The translations under genes were made by a program, and so were the position numbers. Below the pieces are notes generated by a model. That model made no database searches, was not told the origin of the DNA, and was given only the letters and a program-made list of their open reading frames with translations. From assembly GCA_963707505.1 (NCBI GenBank), contig CAVPQB010000006.1, positions 256,001 through 320,000 on the forward strand: a stretch of 64,000 nt of DNA. Direction: 5' to 3'. This stretch comes from an uncultured Gemmatimonadales bacterium (lineage in GTDB: Bacteria; Gemmatimonadota; Gemmatimonadetes; Gemmatimonadales; Gemmatimonadaceae). Of the stretch, positions 19,661 through 29,525 are shown piece after piece; the stretch's first letter is position 1; every line of letters starts with the position of its first letter.

Positions 19661-21583
19661 ATGCAAAGTTTCGAATCCTCATTCGACGTAATCGTCATAG
19701 GCGCCGGGCACGCGGGCACCGAGGCGGCAGTTGCCGCCGCGCGGCTCGGTGCATCCGTCGCCCTCATCACTAGCGCGCTTGAAACTATCGGCCAGATGTC
19801 GTGCAATCCGGCCATTGGTGGGGTTGCCAAGGGCACTGTAGTCCGTGAAGTGGACGCACTCGGCGGAATCATGGGCCGAGCCACCGATCTGGCTTCACTG
19901 CAGTTCCGCATGCTCAATCGGAGCAAGGGGCCGGCAGTGTGGTCTCCCCGCGCGCAGTGCGATCGCGGCCTCTATCGTAGAGCGGCTCGTAGCCTGATCG
20001 AAGAACACCCCAACCTTCAGACCATCCAGGGGACCGTCGCCCGGCTCATAATGGATGAGGCCGGTGCAACCGTACGCGGCGCGGAGACACTCGAAGGCCG
20101 GAAGTTCGGCGCGCGCTGCGTCGTAATAACCGCTGGAACGTTTCTCAGAGGACGAATCCACATCGGCACCGAGATGAGTCTTTCCGGCGGTAGAGCCGGT
20201 GAGTCCGCCACCACGCATCTCGCCGAGCAGCTCGAGCGTGCTGGACTTACGGTGGAACGATTCAAGACTGGCACGCCGCCGCGCATCGATGGACGGTCTG
20301 TCGATTTCTCGCAGCTCCAGGTCCAGGAAAGCGAAATCGATCAGTTTGATTACTCCTGGTCTCATTTCTGGCCTGTACCACGGTCGACCACCTACGGTAC
20401 TCGTCATCCCACTCAGCTCCCGTGCTGGATCACCTACCTTGGCGCGCCCGGAAAGCAGATAATCGCTGACAACATTGGCAAGTCGGCCATGTACGGCGGC
20501 GCGATTTCGGCCCGAGGCCCACGCTACTGTCCCTCCGTCGAGGACAAGATCCTCCGATTTCCGGACGCGGAGCGCCACCAGATATTTCTCGAGCCGGAAG
20601 GTCACGACACGAGTGAGCTCTACGTCAACGGGCTTTCGACATCACTTCCTGCCGACGTCCAGGTCGAGATCCTCCATAGCATTCCTGGACTCGAGCGCGC
20701 CCGCATGAACCGCGCAGGGTATGCGATCGAATACGATTACTATCCTCCCACGCAGCTCGACCCGTCGCTGCAGGTCAAGGCCATACACGGCTTGTACTTC
20801 GCCGGCCAGATCAACGGCACAACGGGCTACGAGGAAGCCGCCGGGCAGGGAGTGGTTGCGGGCCTGAACGCCGGACTCGCCGTCACGGGTCGAGATCCGA
20901 TCGTGCTTGGCCGACACACGTCGTACATTGGAGTGCTGATCGACGATCTCGTGACGCGTGGCGTGGATGAGCCGTACCGCTTGTTCACCTCGCGTTCCGA
21001 GTTTCGCCTTACCGTGCGACAGGACAATGCGATCGAGCGTCTCGCGCCCATCGCCCTCGAGCTCGGCCTGTATAGTGAGCGCGAGCGTCAGGTCGTCGAG
21101 CGCCGTTTCGCAGCTGATCGCGAGGCGCGCAGACTCGCTGAAGAGACCAGCATCCGTCCCGAACAGGCCGCACCCGTCCTGTCGGACGCGGACAGCAACG
21201 CGCTGGTGCACTCTGTGAAGGTCGCCGAAGTTGCCAGACGCCAGAGCGTTTCACTTGCTTCCTTGTTTGCCGCCGTTGGCGTGGGACAGGACCTCGATCC
21301 AGCGGCAGTCCTCTCGACAGAGCTCGAGATCAAGTACGCTGGATACTTCGACCGCGAGCGTATTCAGGCGGACAAGATCAAGCGGATGGGTGAGTTTTCC
21401 CTCCCGGAAGATCTTGATTACGCCAGAATGGCGTCACTCACTTTCGAAGCGCGCCACAAGCTCACTGCAATTCGACCTCGCTCTCTAGCCCAGGTCTCCC
21501 GCATCCCCGGCGTCAGCCCTAACGACATTCAGAACCTCGTCATAGAAGTCGAGCGATATCACAGACGCGGTTTCGCCAAGTAG
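19661..21583 (+). CDS. mnmG: tRNA uridine 5-carboxymethylaminomethyl modification enzyme
   Basis: GAGHAG, MSCNPAIGG, GPRYCPSVEDK, AGQINGTTGYEEAA. Confidence 0.98.
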   Translation: MQSFESSFDVIVIGAGHAGTEAAVAAARLGASVALITSALETIGQMSCNPAIGGVAKGTVVREVDALGGIMGRATDLASLQFRMLNRSKGPAVWSPRAQCDRGLYRRAARSLIEEHPNLQTIQGTVARLIMDEAGATVRGAETLEGRKFGARCVVITAGTFLRGRIHIGTEMSLSGGRAGESATTHLAEQLERAGLTVERFKTGTPPRIDGRSVDFSQLQVQESEIDQFDYSWSHFWPVPRSTTYGTRHPTQLPCWITYLGAPGKQIIADNIGKSAMYGGAISARGPRYCPSVEDKILRFPDAERHQIFLEPEGHDTSELYVNGLSTSLPADVQVEILHSIPGLERARMNRAGYAIEYDYYPPTQLDPSLQVKAIHGLYFAGQINGTTGYEEAAGQGVVAGLNAGLAVTGRDPIVLGRHTSYIGVLIDDLVTRGVDEPYRLFTSRSEFRLTVRQDNAIERLAPIALELGLYSERERQVVERRFAADREARRLAEETSIRPEQAAPVLSDADSNALVHSVKVAEVARRQSVSLASLFAAVGVGQDLDPAAVLSTELEIKYAGYFDRERIQADKIKRMGEFSLPEDLDYARMASLTFEARHKLTAIRPRSLAQVSRIPGVSPNDIQNLVIEVERYHRRGFAK

Positions 21584-21670
21584 CTGTTGGGCTTGGCCGT
21601 TGTGTCGCTTGTTCCTTTCGATTCTGGAACGTCGTATTTTCTTTCCTCTCCTTTCAAAGGAAGCGCGCGT

Positions 21671-22033
21671 TTGGTCGAAATATCGATCGCCGATGGAATG
21701 GCCGTCTTCGATGTCCAGGGCATGGATAAGTTCTGGGCGCTGAGGAGCCAGATCAAGGTCCCTCTCGTACACATTACCGCTGCGACGATAGACCCCGAAG
21801 CCGCACGTGGATGGTGGCATGGCCTTCGTATGCCCGGGACCCAGATTCCAGGCGTCATCACCGCCGGCACGTTCTATCAGCATGGCAGACGTGTCTTCTA
21901 TGACGTGCACGATACTGACAACACAATAGTCATAGCGCTGAATCACGAGAAGTTCGATCAACTCATCGTTGAAGTCGCAGATCCAGAAGTCGAAGTGAGA
22001 AAGCTTGCTGCCGCATTGAAATCCGCATCGTAA
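21671..22033 (+). CDS. Conserved hypothetical protein
   Basis: GLRMPGTQIPGVITAGTF motif; TTG start after aaaggaag. Confidence 0.7.
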   Translation: MVEISIADGMAVFDVQGMDKFWALRSQIKVPLVHITAATIDPEAARGWWHGLRMPGTQIPGVITAGTFYQHGRRVFYDVHDTDNTIVIALNHEKFDQLIVEVADPEVEVRKLAAALKSAS

Positions 22034-22141
22034 CTGGCGGCGTGACCGCGATCAGTTATCGACGCAGAGTTGGCGCGCGAATGGTTCACGCACGAATGAT
22101 TCGCGCATACGTGCAATCCACCCGCAGACGGAGCTTATGTC

Positions 22142-22426
22142 ATGTCGAACATTCGGAGCATCACGAGGATCGAGCCTGGCCAGTTCGCGCTGATAGTTGG
22201 TGTCACGTACCTTCTCATTGGAATCATTATCGGCGTCCTCATGTATCTGTTCACTTCCATGATTCCTATGCCCGCTCCGTTCGGCAGTGCAGCTCGCGGG
22301 ATCGGAGTCATTTTCATCCCGGTCATCTACGGAGTGATTGGCTACATCAGCGGCTTTATCGGTGCCGCGATTTATAACCTTGTCGCTGGTACCGTTGGTG
22401 GCATAAAGGTTACAGTTAGCGAGTAA
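22142..22426 (+). CDS. Small membrane protein (DUF3566-like)
   Basis: ggag SD, 2 TM helices, IYNLVAGTVGGIKV. Confidence 0.7.
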   Translation: MSNIRSITRIEPGQFALIVGVTYLLIGIIIGVLMYLFTSMIPMPAPFGSAARGIGVIFIPVIYGVIGYISGFIGAAIYNLVAGTVGGIKVTVSE

Positions 22427-22449
22427 CAATTCGCTGAGGATTACGTCGC

Positions 22450-23433
22450 ATCGCTGACCCAGTACCCCCTGTAAACAAGCCGGTTACAGATCCGGACGCC
22501 GCTCGTAACCTGGGCTTCGGGAACCGCATCGCGGTAGATAGTCGCGTAAGGCTACTAAATCGCGACGGCACGTTCAACGTAGAACTCGCGGGGACGAAGG
22601 GCAGGCACACCTTCGCTCCATACCACGCGCTACTCGGCATGGGGTGGGGGCGCTTCCTGCTCATCTTCGCGACGTTCTACCTCGTGGTGAACGCGGTGTT
22701 CGCGGGCGCCTATCTCGCATGCGGCCGCAATGCACTCGCCGGTGCTGGCTTCGCCGGACACTCCACGCTGTTCAGTGACTACTTTCGTGCCTACTTCTTC
22801 AGTGTCGAGACGTTCGGTACCATTGGCTACGGGAACATCGCGCCGGTGGGAATGCCGGCGAATATTCTGCTTACTGTCGAGTCGTTCATTGGATTGCTGA
22901 GTGCAGCGCTCGCGACAGGCCTGGTGTTTGCGCGATTCTCCCGGCCGAGTGCTGCGATCATGTATAGCAGGCACGCGCTGATCGCACCGTACCGTGGTAT
23001 CAAAGCGTTCATGTTCCGTTGCGCCAACGAACGCAGCAATCAGTTGATCGAAGTCTCGGTGCAAATCATGTACAGCAGAATCGTCGTGCGTCCAAATGGT
23101 GATCGTGTGCGAGAGTTCACATCACTGCCGCTGGAATTCGATAAGGTCACCTTCTTCGCTCTCAGCTGGACCGTCGTGCACCCGATCGATGAATCCAGCC
23201 CGTTGTTCCAATGCAATGCTGAAACATTGATAGCGAACGAAGCAGAATTTCTCGTCCTGCTCTCGGGGAACGATGAAACGTTCTCGCAGGCCGTGCACTC
23301 CCGAACGTCGTACAAGGCGAACGAGATTATCTGGAACGCGCGATTCCGTTCGATGTTCATCGAGTCCACCACGAGGGGTACCACCGGAATGGATCTGGCG
23401 CGCATCCACGATTACGAGCTGGTACAGCTCTGA
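22450..23433 (+). CDS. Inward-rectifier K+ channel (KirBac-like)
   Basis: FFSVETFGTIGYG filter; LGFG..RLLNRDGTFNV lies upstream of the ORF-track ATG; start codon uncertain. Confidence 0.9.
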   Translation: MADPVPPVNKPVTDPDAARNLGFGNRIAVDSRVRLLNRDGTFNVELAGTKGRHTFAPYHALLGMGWGRFLLIFATFYLVVNAVFAGAYLACGRNALAGAGFAGHSTLFSDYFRAYFFSVETFGTIGYGNIAPVGMPANILLTVESFIGLLSAALATGLVFARFSRPSAAIMYSRHALIAPYRGIKAFMFRCANERSNQLIEVSVQIMYSRIVVRPNGDRVREFTSLPLEFDKVTFFALSWTVVHPIDESSPLFQCNAETLIANEAEFLVLLSGNDETFSQAVHSRTSYKANEIIWNARFRSMFIESTTRGTTGMDLARIHDYELVQL

Positions 23434-23540
23434 GCTTTCAGTCTCCCGACGCTGTGCTAGCTCGGCACAATAGCTGCCGCATCGGTGTTCCAACACGAGA
23501 GACGAACCAATTTCCTTTCTACAAATTTCATGGAGCGTTG

Positions 23541-24257
23541 ATGCTACTCGATAAAGTCCTCGTACTCTCCGTCTTCTCGGGGACGTTGCTCGCAGCCCAG
23601 AGCGCACCCATGACACACGACCCAATTCCTACGATAGCGAGCTCTGCGACCGCAGAAGCCAGGTTCACGCCTGACCGTGCAACCATCAGCATCAGCGTTC
23701 AGACCAAGGCAACGACCGCGGCAGCGGCAGCCACAGACAATGCCAGAAAGCAAAACGCTGTGTTGTCAGCTTTACACGGGTTAGGATTGTCTAACGAACA
23801 ACTATCTACAACGGGCTATAGCGTGAACCCGGAGTATCGTTACGACCCCAACCGCGCGCCTACTCTTACCGGCTACACGGTAACAAACACCGTCCTCGCA
23901 GACATACACGACCTCAAACAAGTTGGTAAGGTGCTCGATACAGCGCTCGCGAGCGGCTCCAACATGATCTCCTCGCTCGACTTCTACGCAAGCAATACCG
24001 ACGCTGCCCGTCAGAAGGCACTCGCCGATGCAGTAGCGAAAGCGCGCGCCGACGCCGAAGTTGCCGCCAAAGCCGCAGGTGGATCTCTAGGCCCTCTTAT
24101 GCATCTAAGTGTTGGAGGCGGTGGATCGTATCCTCCTCCGAGACCCATGTTCGCCGCGAAGACGATGGCCCAATCCGCAGACACCCAGATCAATCCGGGC
24201 CAGCAGACTATCAGTGTCAGCGTCTCGGCGGACTGGCGTTTCACCCCAAATCCCTGA
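23541..24257 (+). CDS. SIMPL/DUF541 periplasmic protein
   Basis: Signal peptide; PDRATISISV, GYTVTN, AVAKARADA. Confidence 0.88.
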   Translation: MLLDKVLVLSVFSGTLLAAQSAPMTHDPIPTIASSATAEARFTPDRATISISVQTKATTAAAAATDNARKQNAVLSALHGLGLSNEQLSTTGYSVNPEYRYDPNRAPTLTGYTVTNTVLADIHDLKQVGKVLDTALASGSNMISSLDFYASNTDAARQKALADAVAKARADAEVAAKAAGGSLGPLMHLSVGGGGSYPPPRPMFAAKTMAQSADTQINPGQQTISVSVSADWRFTPNP

Positions 24258-24261
24258 CTCG

Positions 24262-24302
24262 TTTTTTCACGTTCCACAGTTTGGCTTTTTTCACGTTCCA
24301 CA
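24262..24302. repeat. Two 17-bp direct repeats, parS-like
   Basis: ttttttcacgttccaca at 24262 and 24286. Confidence 0.7.
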
Positions 24303-24338
24303 AAGAGGGCAGCCGATCGCTGCCCTCTTCGCATTTTC
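24303..24338 (+). terminator. Hairpin, likely terminator
   Basis: aagagggcagc-cgatc-gctgccctctt then cgcatttt. Confidence 0.55.
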
Positions 24339-24391
24339 AGTCCCAAACATCCACCCCTCCATGACCGAAGGCTCGTTCTCCGCGCCAAACC

Positions 24392-24439
24392 GTAGATCGT
24401 GAAGAAGATCGTGAAGTAGATCGTAAAGCAGATCATGCG
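24392..24439. repeat. Four 12-bp tandem repeats each containing GATC
   Basis: gtagatcgtgaa gaagatcgtgaa gtagatcgtaaa gcagatcatgcg. Confidence 0.85.
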
Positions 24440-24499
24440 GCACGCGTCGGACGGCCTTAGATTCCTCGACCTCTTCCTCCGCCAGGTACATTCCGCCAA

Positions 24500-25300
24500 T
24501 TGTCCAGAGTCATAGCTGTCGCGAATCAAAAAGGCGGCGTCGGAAAGACGACGACCGCAGTGAACCTTGCAGCCTCTCTCTCAGCAGCTGAACAGCGCAC
24601 GCTCCTGGTAGATGGAGATCCGCAAGGCAATGCCACTAGCGGTATCGGAATTGAGCCCAAGGACATCGGTAAAACGGTTTATGAAGTGCTTCTGGGTGAG
24701 GCCACTGTCGCCGAAGCCCGCAAGGTGGGTGAGCACTTCCGCCTCCTCGATGTCCTCCCCGCAACACCAGATCTTGCAGGCGCGGAAATCGAGCTGGTCG
24801 ATCAGCCACACCGGGAACAGCGAATGCGCGATGCGCTGAAAACGGTCAGAGACGACTACGATTTCATTCTCATCGATTGCCCGCCGTCTCTCGGACTCAT
24901 CACCATCAATATGCTGGCAGCGGCAGATGCGCTGATCATCCCCCTACAGTGTGAGTACTACGCGCTCGAAGGCCTCTCTCAGCTCCTCAACACCGTTCAT
25001 CGGGTCCAGCAGGGCGTCAATCCGTCGCTCGGCATCGATGGGGTGCTACTCACCATGTACGATGCTCGACTCAACCTGAGTCGCCAGGTCGCGAGCGATG
25101 CACGTGAATATTTCGGCTCGCAGGTCTTCGAGACGGTAATCCCACGGAATGTCAGGCTCGCAGAAGCACCCAGCTTCGGAAAGCCGATTATCCTCTACGA
25201 TGTTGCCTCAGTTGGTGCGCAAGCGTACATGGGGGTTGCAAGAGAATTGATTCAACGAGAGACGCTGGTGACCAACAGCAATGGGGAAGCGACCCAATGA
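24500..25300 (+). CDS. parA: Chromosome partitioning ATPase ParA/Soj
   Basis: NQKGGVGKTTT, DPQGNA, IDCPPSLG, IPRNVRLAEAPS. Confidence 0.97.
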   Translation: MSRVIAVANQKGGVGKTTTAVNLAASLSAAEQRTLLVDGDPQGNATSGIGIEPKDIGKTVYEVLLGEATVAEARKVGEHFRLLDVLPATPDLAGAEIELVDQPHREQRMRDALKTVRDDYDFILIDCPPSLGLITINMLAAADALIIPLQCEYYALEGLSQLLNTVHRVQQGVNPSLGIDGVLLTMYDARLNLSRQVASDAREYFGSQVFETVIPRNVRLAEAPSFGKPIILYDVASVGAQAYMGVARELIQRETLVTNSNGEATQ

Positions 25301-26235
25301 GCGCGGACAAAACCCCGTCACCTCGCCGCCTTGGGAGAGGACTAGACGCCCTGCTCGGTGAGCGGACAACTCAAAGGCCGAGATCATCTCCAACGGCACC
25401 TGTCGAAGAATCGGATACGAAGGTGGCCGAGCCAGTTAGCGCGCTTCGTGAAATCGCGGTCACCGACATCCGCCCGAACCACTACCAGCCGAGAAAGGAA
25501 TTCAGCCCCGAAGATTTGAAAGAGCTCGCCGATAGCATTCGGACAGCGGGACTGCTCCAGCCAATAGCGGTGCGAAACACGAAGGATGGATACGAGCTCG
25601 TCGCCGGCGAGCGTCGGCTCCGCGCAATCAAATCACTTGGTTGGACCACAGTACCGGCGATAGTCCGGGACTACGACGACCGTACCATGCTTACCCTCGC
25701 GCTGATAGAGAATTTGCAGCGCGCAGATCTCAACCCAATAGAGGAAGCTGAAGGCTACGCCCGTCTCGCGAGCGAGTTCGACCTCACCCAGAACGAGATC
25801 GCTGACCTGGTTGGAAAGGATCGCTCGACGGTCGCGAATCTCCAGCGAGTTCTTCAGCTGCCGGCAGCAGTACGCAAGATGCTCGAGACTGGCGCGTTGA
25901 GCCTCGGCCACGCGCGACCGCTTCTCGCACTCGAAAACCCTGCGCTAGCCACCAAGCTCGCCACAGAGGCCGTCGAGCATGGCCTCTCGGTGCGCGCGAT
26001 CGAAGAGCGCGTCAGACAGGATGCACCACGTCATGACAAGCCGCGCCGCGGCAGGCCGCGTAAGGAAGACACTCGCCCGCCTGAAGTGAGACATGTCGAA
26101 GATCTCCTGAGAAAGCGTTTTCAAACTGATGTATCACTCGTTCGAAAGAAGCGCGACAAGGGCGAGCTGCGAATCCAGTTCTACTCCACTGAAGATCTGA
26201 ATCGCCTCCTGGAAGCCATGGGAGCAATCGATTGA
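25297..26235 (+). CDS. parB: Chromosome partitioning protein ParB/Spo0J
   Basis: LGRGLDAL, QPRK, GERRLRA, ENLQRADL, HTH KDRSTVAN. Confidence 0.97.
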   Translation: MSADKTPSPRRLGRGLDALLGERTTQRPRSSPTAPVEESDTKVAEPVSALREIAVTDIRPNHYQPRKEFSPEDLKELADSIRTAGLLQPIAVRNTKDGYELVAGERRLRAIKSLGWTTVPAIVRDYDDRTMLTLALIENLQRADLNPIEEAEGYARLASEFDLTQNEIADLVGKDRSTVANLQRVLQLPAAVRKMLETGALSLGHARPLLALENPALATKLATEAVEHGLSVRAIEERVRQDAPRHDKPRRGRPRKEDTRPPEVRHVEDLLRKRFQTDVSLVRKKRDKGELRIQFYSTEDLNRLLEAMGAID

Positions 26236-26252
26236 CCGATCAATTCCCGAAT

Positions 26253-26351
26253 ATTCACACAGTTATCAACAATCATCATAAACCGTTGTCATGAAAGGAC
26301 TTAACGCGCTTACATGCCAACGGGTATCAAGGTTATCCACAGTTATCCACA
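26253..26351 (+). promoter_or_regulatory. DnaA-box cluster
   Basis: TTATCAACA 26263-26271; perfect TTATCCACA at 26333-26341 and 26343-26351; AT-rich context. Confidence 0.75.
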
Positions 26352-27307
26352 GCTTGTTCGCAATCGCGATTGTGGCTTGCGGAGGCGCCAGGGAGCAGGC
26401 AAAGCCAGCATCCAATGCATTCAAGGTCGCACTGGTGACGACGGGGTCGGTCTCGGATCAGGGCTGGAACGCTGGTGCCTATCAGGGCCTCCTGGCGATC
26501 AAGGATTCGCTCGGTGCACACATCTCGAACGTCCAGACGCAGACGCCGGCGGAGATCGACGAGAACTTTCGACAGTACGGCGCGCAGGGATACAACCTCG
26601 TTTTCGGACATGGTTTCGAGTATCAGGATCCAGCGATTCGTGTCGCGCCATCGTTTCCGAGGACGGTATTCGTAACTACCTCAGGCGTGAAAACAGCGCC
26701 GAACGTGGGTGGCGTTTATTTCACCTTTTCGGATGGTGCATACCTGGCTGGCATTGTCGCAGGTGCCGCATCTCGCAGTGGCGTCATTGGAGCGATTGGG
26801 GGGACACAGCTCCCGCCAGTCGCTGCTGCATTCAAGGCATTCGAAGCGGGTGCAAAGTCAGTCAATCCGAATGTGAAGCTGCTCACCGCCTACGTTGGGA
26901 ATTGGGATGACGCCAGCGCAGCCAGGGAGCAGGCGCTCGCACAGATCGCTCGCGGAGCGGACGTGATATTCCAGGATGCGGATGCAGCTGGACTCGGCGT
27001 TTTCCAGGCAGCGCGTCAATCCAAAACCGTGCGTGTGATCGGATCCAACTCCGACCAGAACGCGGTTGCGCCGGAGGTGACGCTCGGAAGCGTCGTCATC
27101 GATCTTCCACGAGCAATGATGATCATCGCACGCGACGTGAAGAGTGGCGCATTCAAGGGTCACGTTTACCGACTGGGCGAAAATGACGGCGTCGTTCGCT
27201 GGACAGCTAATCCCAAGCTTGCAGCCGAGATTTCGCCGGCAACGGCGGCGAGGCTGGACTCGGCTCGGAAGCTGATCGACGCGAGGACACTCAAGGTGCC
27301 AGAATGA
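26291..27307 (+). CDS. BMP-family nucleoside ABC substrate-binding lipoprotein
   Basis: IVAC lipobox; DQGWN, GHGFEY, GADVIF; start uncertain (26291 or TTG 26354). Confidence 0.88.
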   Translation: MKGLNALTCQRVSRLSTVIHSLFAIAIVACGGAREQAKPASNAFKVALVTTGSVSDQGWNAGAYQGLLAIKDSLGAHISNVQTQTPAEIDENFRQYGAQGYNLVFGHGFEYQDPAIRVAPSFPRTVFVTTSGVKTAPNVGGVYFTFSDGAYLAGIVAGAASRSGVIGAIGGTQLPPVAAAFKAFEAGAKSVNPNVKLLTAYVGNWDDASAAREQALAQIARGADVIFQDADAAGLGVFQAARQSKTVRVIGSNSDQNAVAPEVTLGSVVIDLPRAMMIIARDVKSGAFKGHVYRLGENDGVVRWTANPKLAAEISPATAARLDSARKLIDARTLKVPE

Positions 27308-28077
27308 CGACAACTGCTCTCATCGTTCGATATCTGGACGATTTGCTGGAAACCGAGTCTGTACCGGATTATCCAAACGCCTTGAATGGACTCCAACTGG
27401 CGAACAGCGGTTCCGTAAATCGAGTGGCAGCTGCAGTGGACTTTTCGTTACGCACAGTCATGGCTGCAGCCGAGGCTGATGCGAATCTGTTGATAGTGCA
27501 TCACGGAATGTTCTGGAGCGGACTACAACCAATACGCGGAAAGTACTTCGATCGAATCCGCGCACTCCTGGCGCGCGACATCGCGGTCTATTCATCCCAC
27601 CTGCCGCTCGATCGACATGCACTCTACGGGAATAACGCGCTACTTGCCGCCGAGCTTGGACTGGAGCCGTCTGCTGAGTTCGCTCGTTTCAAGACGATAT
27701 CGATCGGCGTATCCGGTGAGAGTGACGTCGCAACGACAGAGCTTGCAGCACGTGCGGACGTCTTCGCGAGATCGCACGGTGGCTCAGCACGAACCACACC
27801 GATCGACTCGGGACGCAGAACGCATGCGTGGGCGATCTGCACGGGTGCCGGTGCGAGCACCGAAACCCTGAACGAAGCGCGTGATCGTGGCATCGACACA
27901 CTGATCGTCGGCGAGGGACCGCACCACAGTGCGGTGGACGCGGACGAGAGCGGTATCACTGTCATATACGCAGGCCATTATGCTACAGAAACGCTCGGTG
28001 TACGCGCGCTTGCAGCCCACATTTCGGATCGTTTCGGTGTGCCATGGACATTTATAGAGGCACCAACGGGTCTCTGA
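27304..28077 (+). CDS. Nif3-like dinuclear metal-centre protein (YbgI/DUF34)
   Basis: NGLQ, VHHG, HLPLDRH, GHYATE. Confidence 0.92.
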   Translation: MTTTALIVRYLDDLLETESVPDYPNALNGLQLANSGSVNRVAAAVDFSLRTVMAAAEADANLLIVHHGMFWSGLQPIRGKYFDRIRALLARDIAVYSSHLPLDRHALYGNNALLAAELGLEPSAEFARFKTISIGVSGESDVATTELAARADVFARSHGGSARTTPIDSGRRTHAWAICTGAGASTETLNEARDRGIDTLIVGEGPHHSAVDADESGITVIYAGHYATETLGVRALAAHISDRFGVPWTFIEAPTGL

Positions 28078-28081
28078 TCAG

Positions 28082-29524
28082 GTGAGCGACGTCGCACTCG
28101 AGCTGGCGTCGATCACCAAGCGCTTTGGCCGGTTGACAGCGCTGAATGCTGCGTCGCTGCGAGCGCGGCGCGGAACTGTCCACGCGTTGCTCGGCGAGAA
28201 CGGCGCTGGTAAGACGACACTCATGCGCATCGCATTCGGGATGCTGCGACCCGACTCGGGCAACATTGCCGTTGACGGCACCGATCGTTCATTCGCATCA
28301 CCTGCCGATGCGATAGGCGCCGGGATCGGGATGGTACATCAGCACTTTACGCTGGTTCCGGCAATGACAGTCGCCGAAAATATTGCGCTGGGTGGCCGAG
28401 GTAGTTTTCGTCTCACACAAACTCGCGACGCGATTCTGGCGTTGTCCGAGCGGACAGGACTCGCAGTCGATCCGTCTGCGCGGATCGAAGATCTTCCGGC
28501 CGGGGCGCAACAGAGAGTCGAAATTCTCAAGGCGCTGTCTCGCGATACGAGAATACTCATACTGGATGAGCCTACCGCGGTGTTGACTCCAACCGAGTCG
28601 AGGGAGCTGCTTCAAAAGGCGCGAGAGCTGGTAAGCAATGGCGGAACTGCGATCCTCATAACACACAAGCTTCGCGATGCACTGGAATTTGCGGACGACA
28701 TCACAGTCCTGAGACGTGGCTCGACCGTGTGGAGCGGACCAGCGTCCGAAGCAACGCAGGAGACTCTTGTCGCTGCCATGTTGGGTGGAGAGCGAACGCT
28801 CACAGACAGGGAACCGGTCACCGGAACCGCAACCGCTCGTAGCGCTACTGTTCTCTCCTTGGAAAACGTTGGTGTTCGCGACGCGGGTGGCGTGGACCGG
28901 CTCACGTCGGTCACACTTGCCGTTCACGCGGGAGAAATAGTTGGGATCGCGGCTGTGGAGGGAAATGGACAGCGCGAATTGCTACGCGTTCTTGCCGGAC
29001 GAATGCGCGCCAGTAGCGGCGACGTCAGAATCCCGGCCGTGGTTGGCTTCATTCCGGAAGACCGGCATCGCGATGCGTTGATCCAGGATTTCTCGCTGCG
29101 CGACAACGTTGCCCTGCTCGGTGCAAGCACTCGGCGCGGAGTGATGAGCTGGGCCGCCATCGGTAAGCAAACCCGTGAGCTCATTCGGGATTACGACGTA
29201 CGGGCTCCCGACGAGCTCACGCCAGCTCGGTCGCTTTCGGGTGGCAATCAACAGAAATTGGTCGTTGGACGGGAAATCGACGGGTCGCAGACCGCGCTGG
29301 TTGCGGAGAATCCGTCGCGTGGACTCGACGTACAGGCAACCGCAGCAGTACATGCACGTATTCTCGCGGCGCGTGATGCAGGCATGGCTGTCGTGATCTA
29401 CTCATCGGACCTGGACGAGGTTCTCGCGCTCGCCGAGCGTGTAGTCGTAGTGCACGCGGGGAAGGTGACGGAGCCGTCTCGTGAATACGAGTCGATCGGC
29501 AGAGCGATGCTCGGGCTGCCCTAA
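28082..29524 (+). CDS. Nucleoside/sugar ABC transporter ATP-binding protein
   Basis: GENGAGKTT, GMVHQHF, LDEPT, LSGGNQQK. Confidence 0.92.
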   Translation: MSDVALELASITKRFGRLTALNAASLRARRGTVHALLGENGAGKTTLMRIAFGMLRPDSGNIAVDGTDRSFASPADAIGAGIGMVHQHFTLVPAMTVAENIALGGRGSFRLTQTRDAILALSERTGLAVDPSARIEDLPAGAQQRVEILKALSRDTRILILDEPTAVLTPTESRELLQKARELVSNGGTAILITHKLRDALEFADDITVLRRGSTVWSGPASEATQETLVAAMLGGERTLTDREPVTGTATARSATVLSLENVGVRDAGGVDRLTSVTLAVHAGEIVGIAAVEGNGQRELLRVLAGRMRASSGDVRIPAVVGFIPEDRHRDALIQDFSLRDNVALLGASTRRGVMSWAAIGKQTRELIRDYDVRAPDELTPARSLSGGNQQKLVVGREIDGSQTALVAENPSRGLDVQATAAVHARILAARDAGMAVVIYSSDLDEVLALAERVVVVHAGKVTEPSREYESIGRAMLGLP

Positions 29525-29525
29525 C

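Noticed and set aside
24392..24439. Possible mini CRISPR array
   Set aside because: Units are 12 bp and contiguous with no spacers; no cas genes in the window
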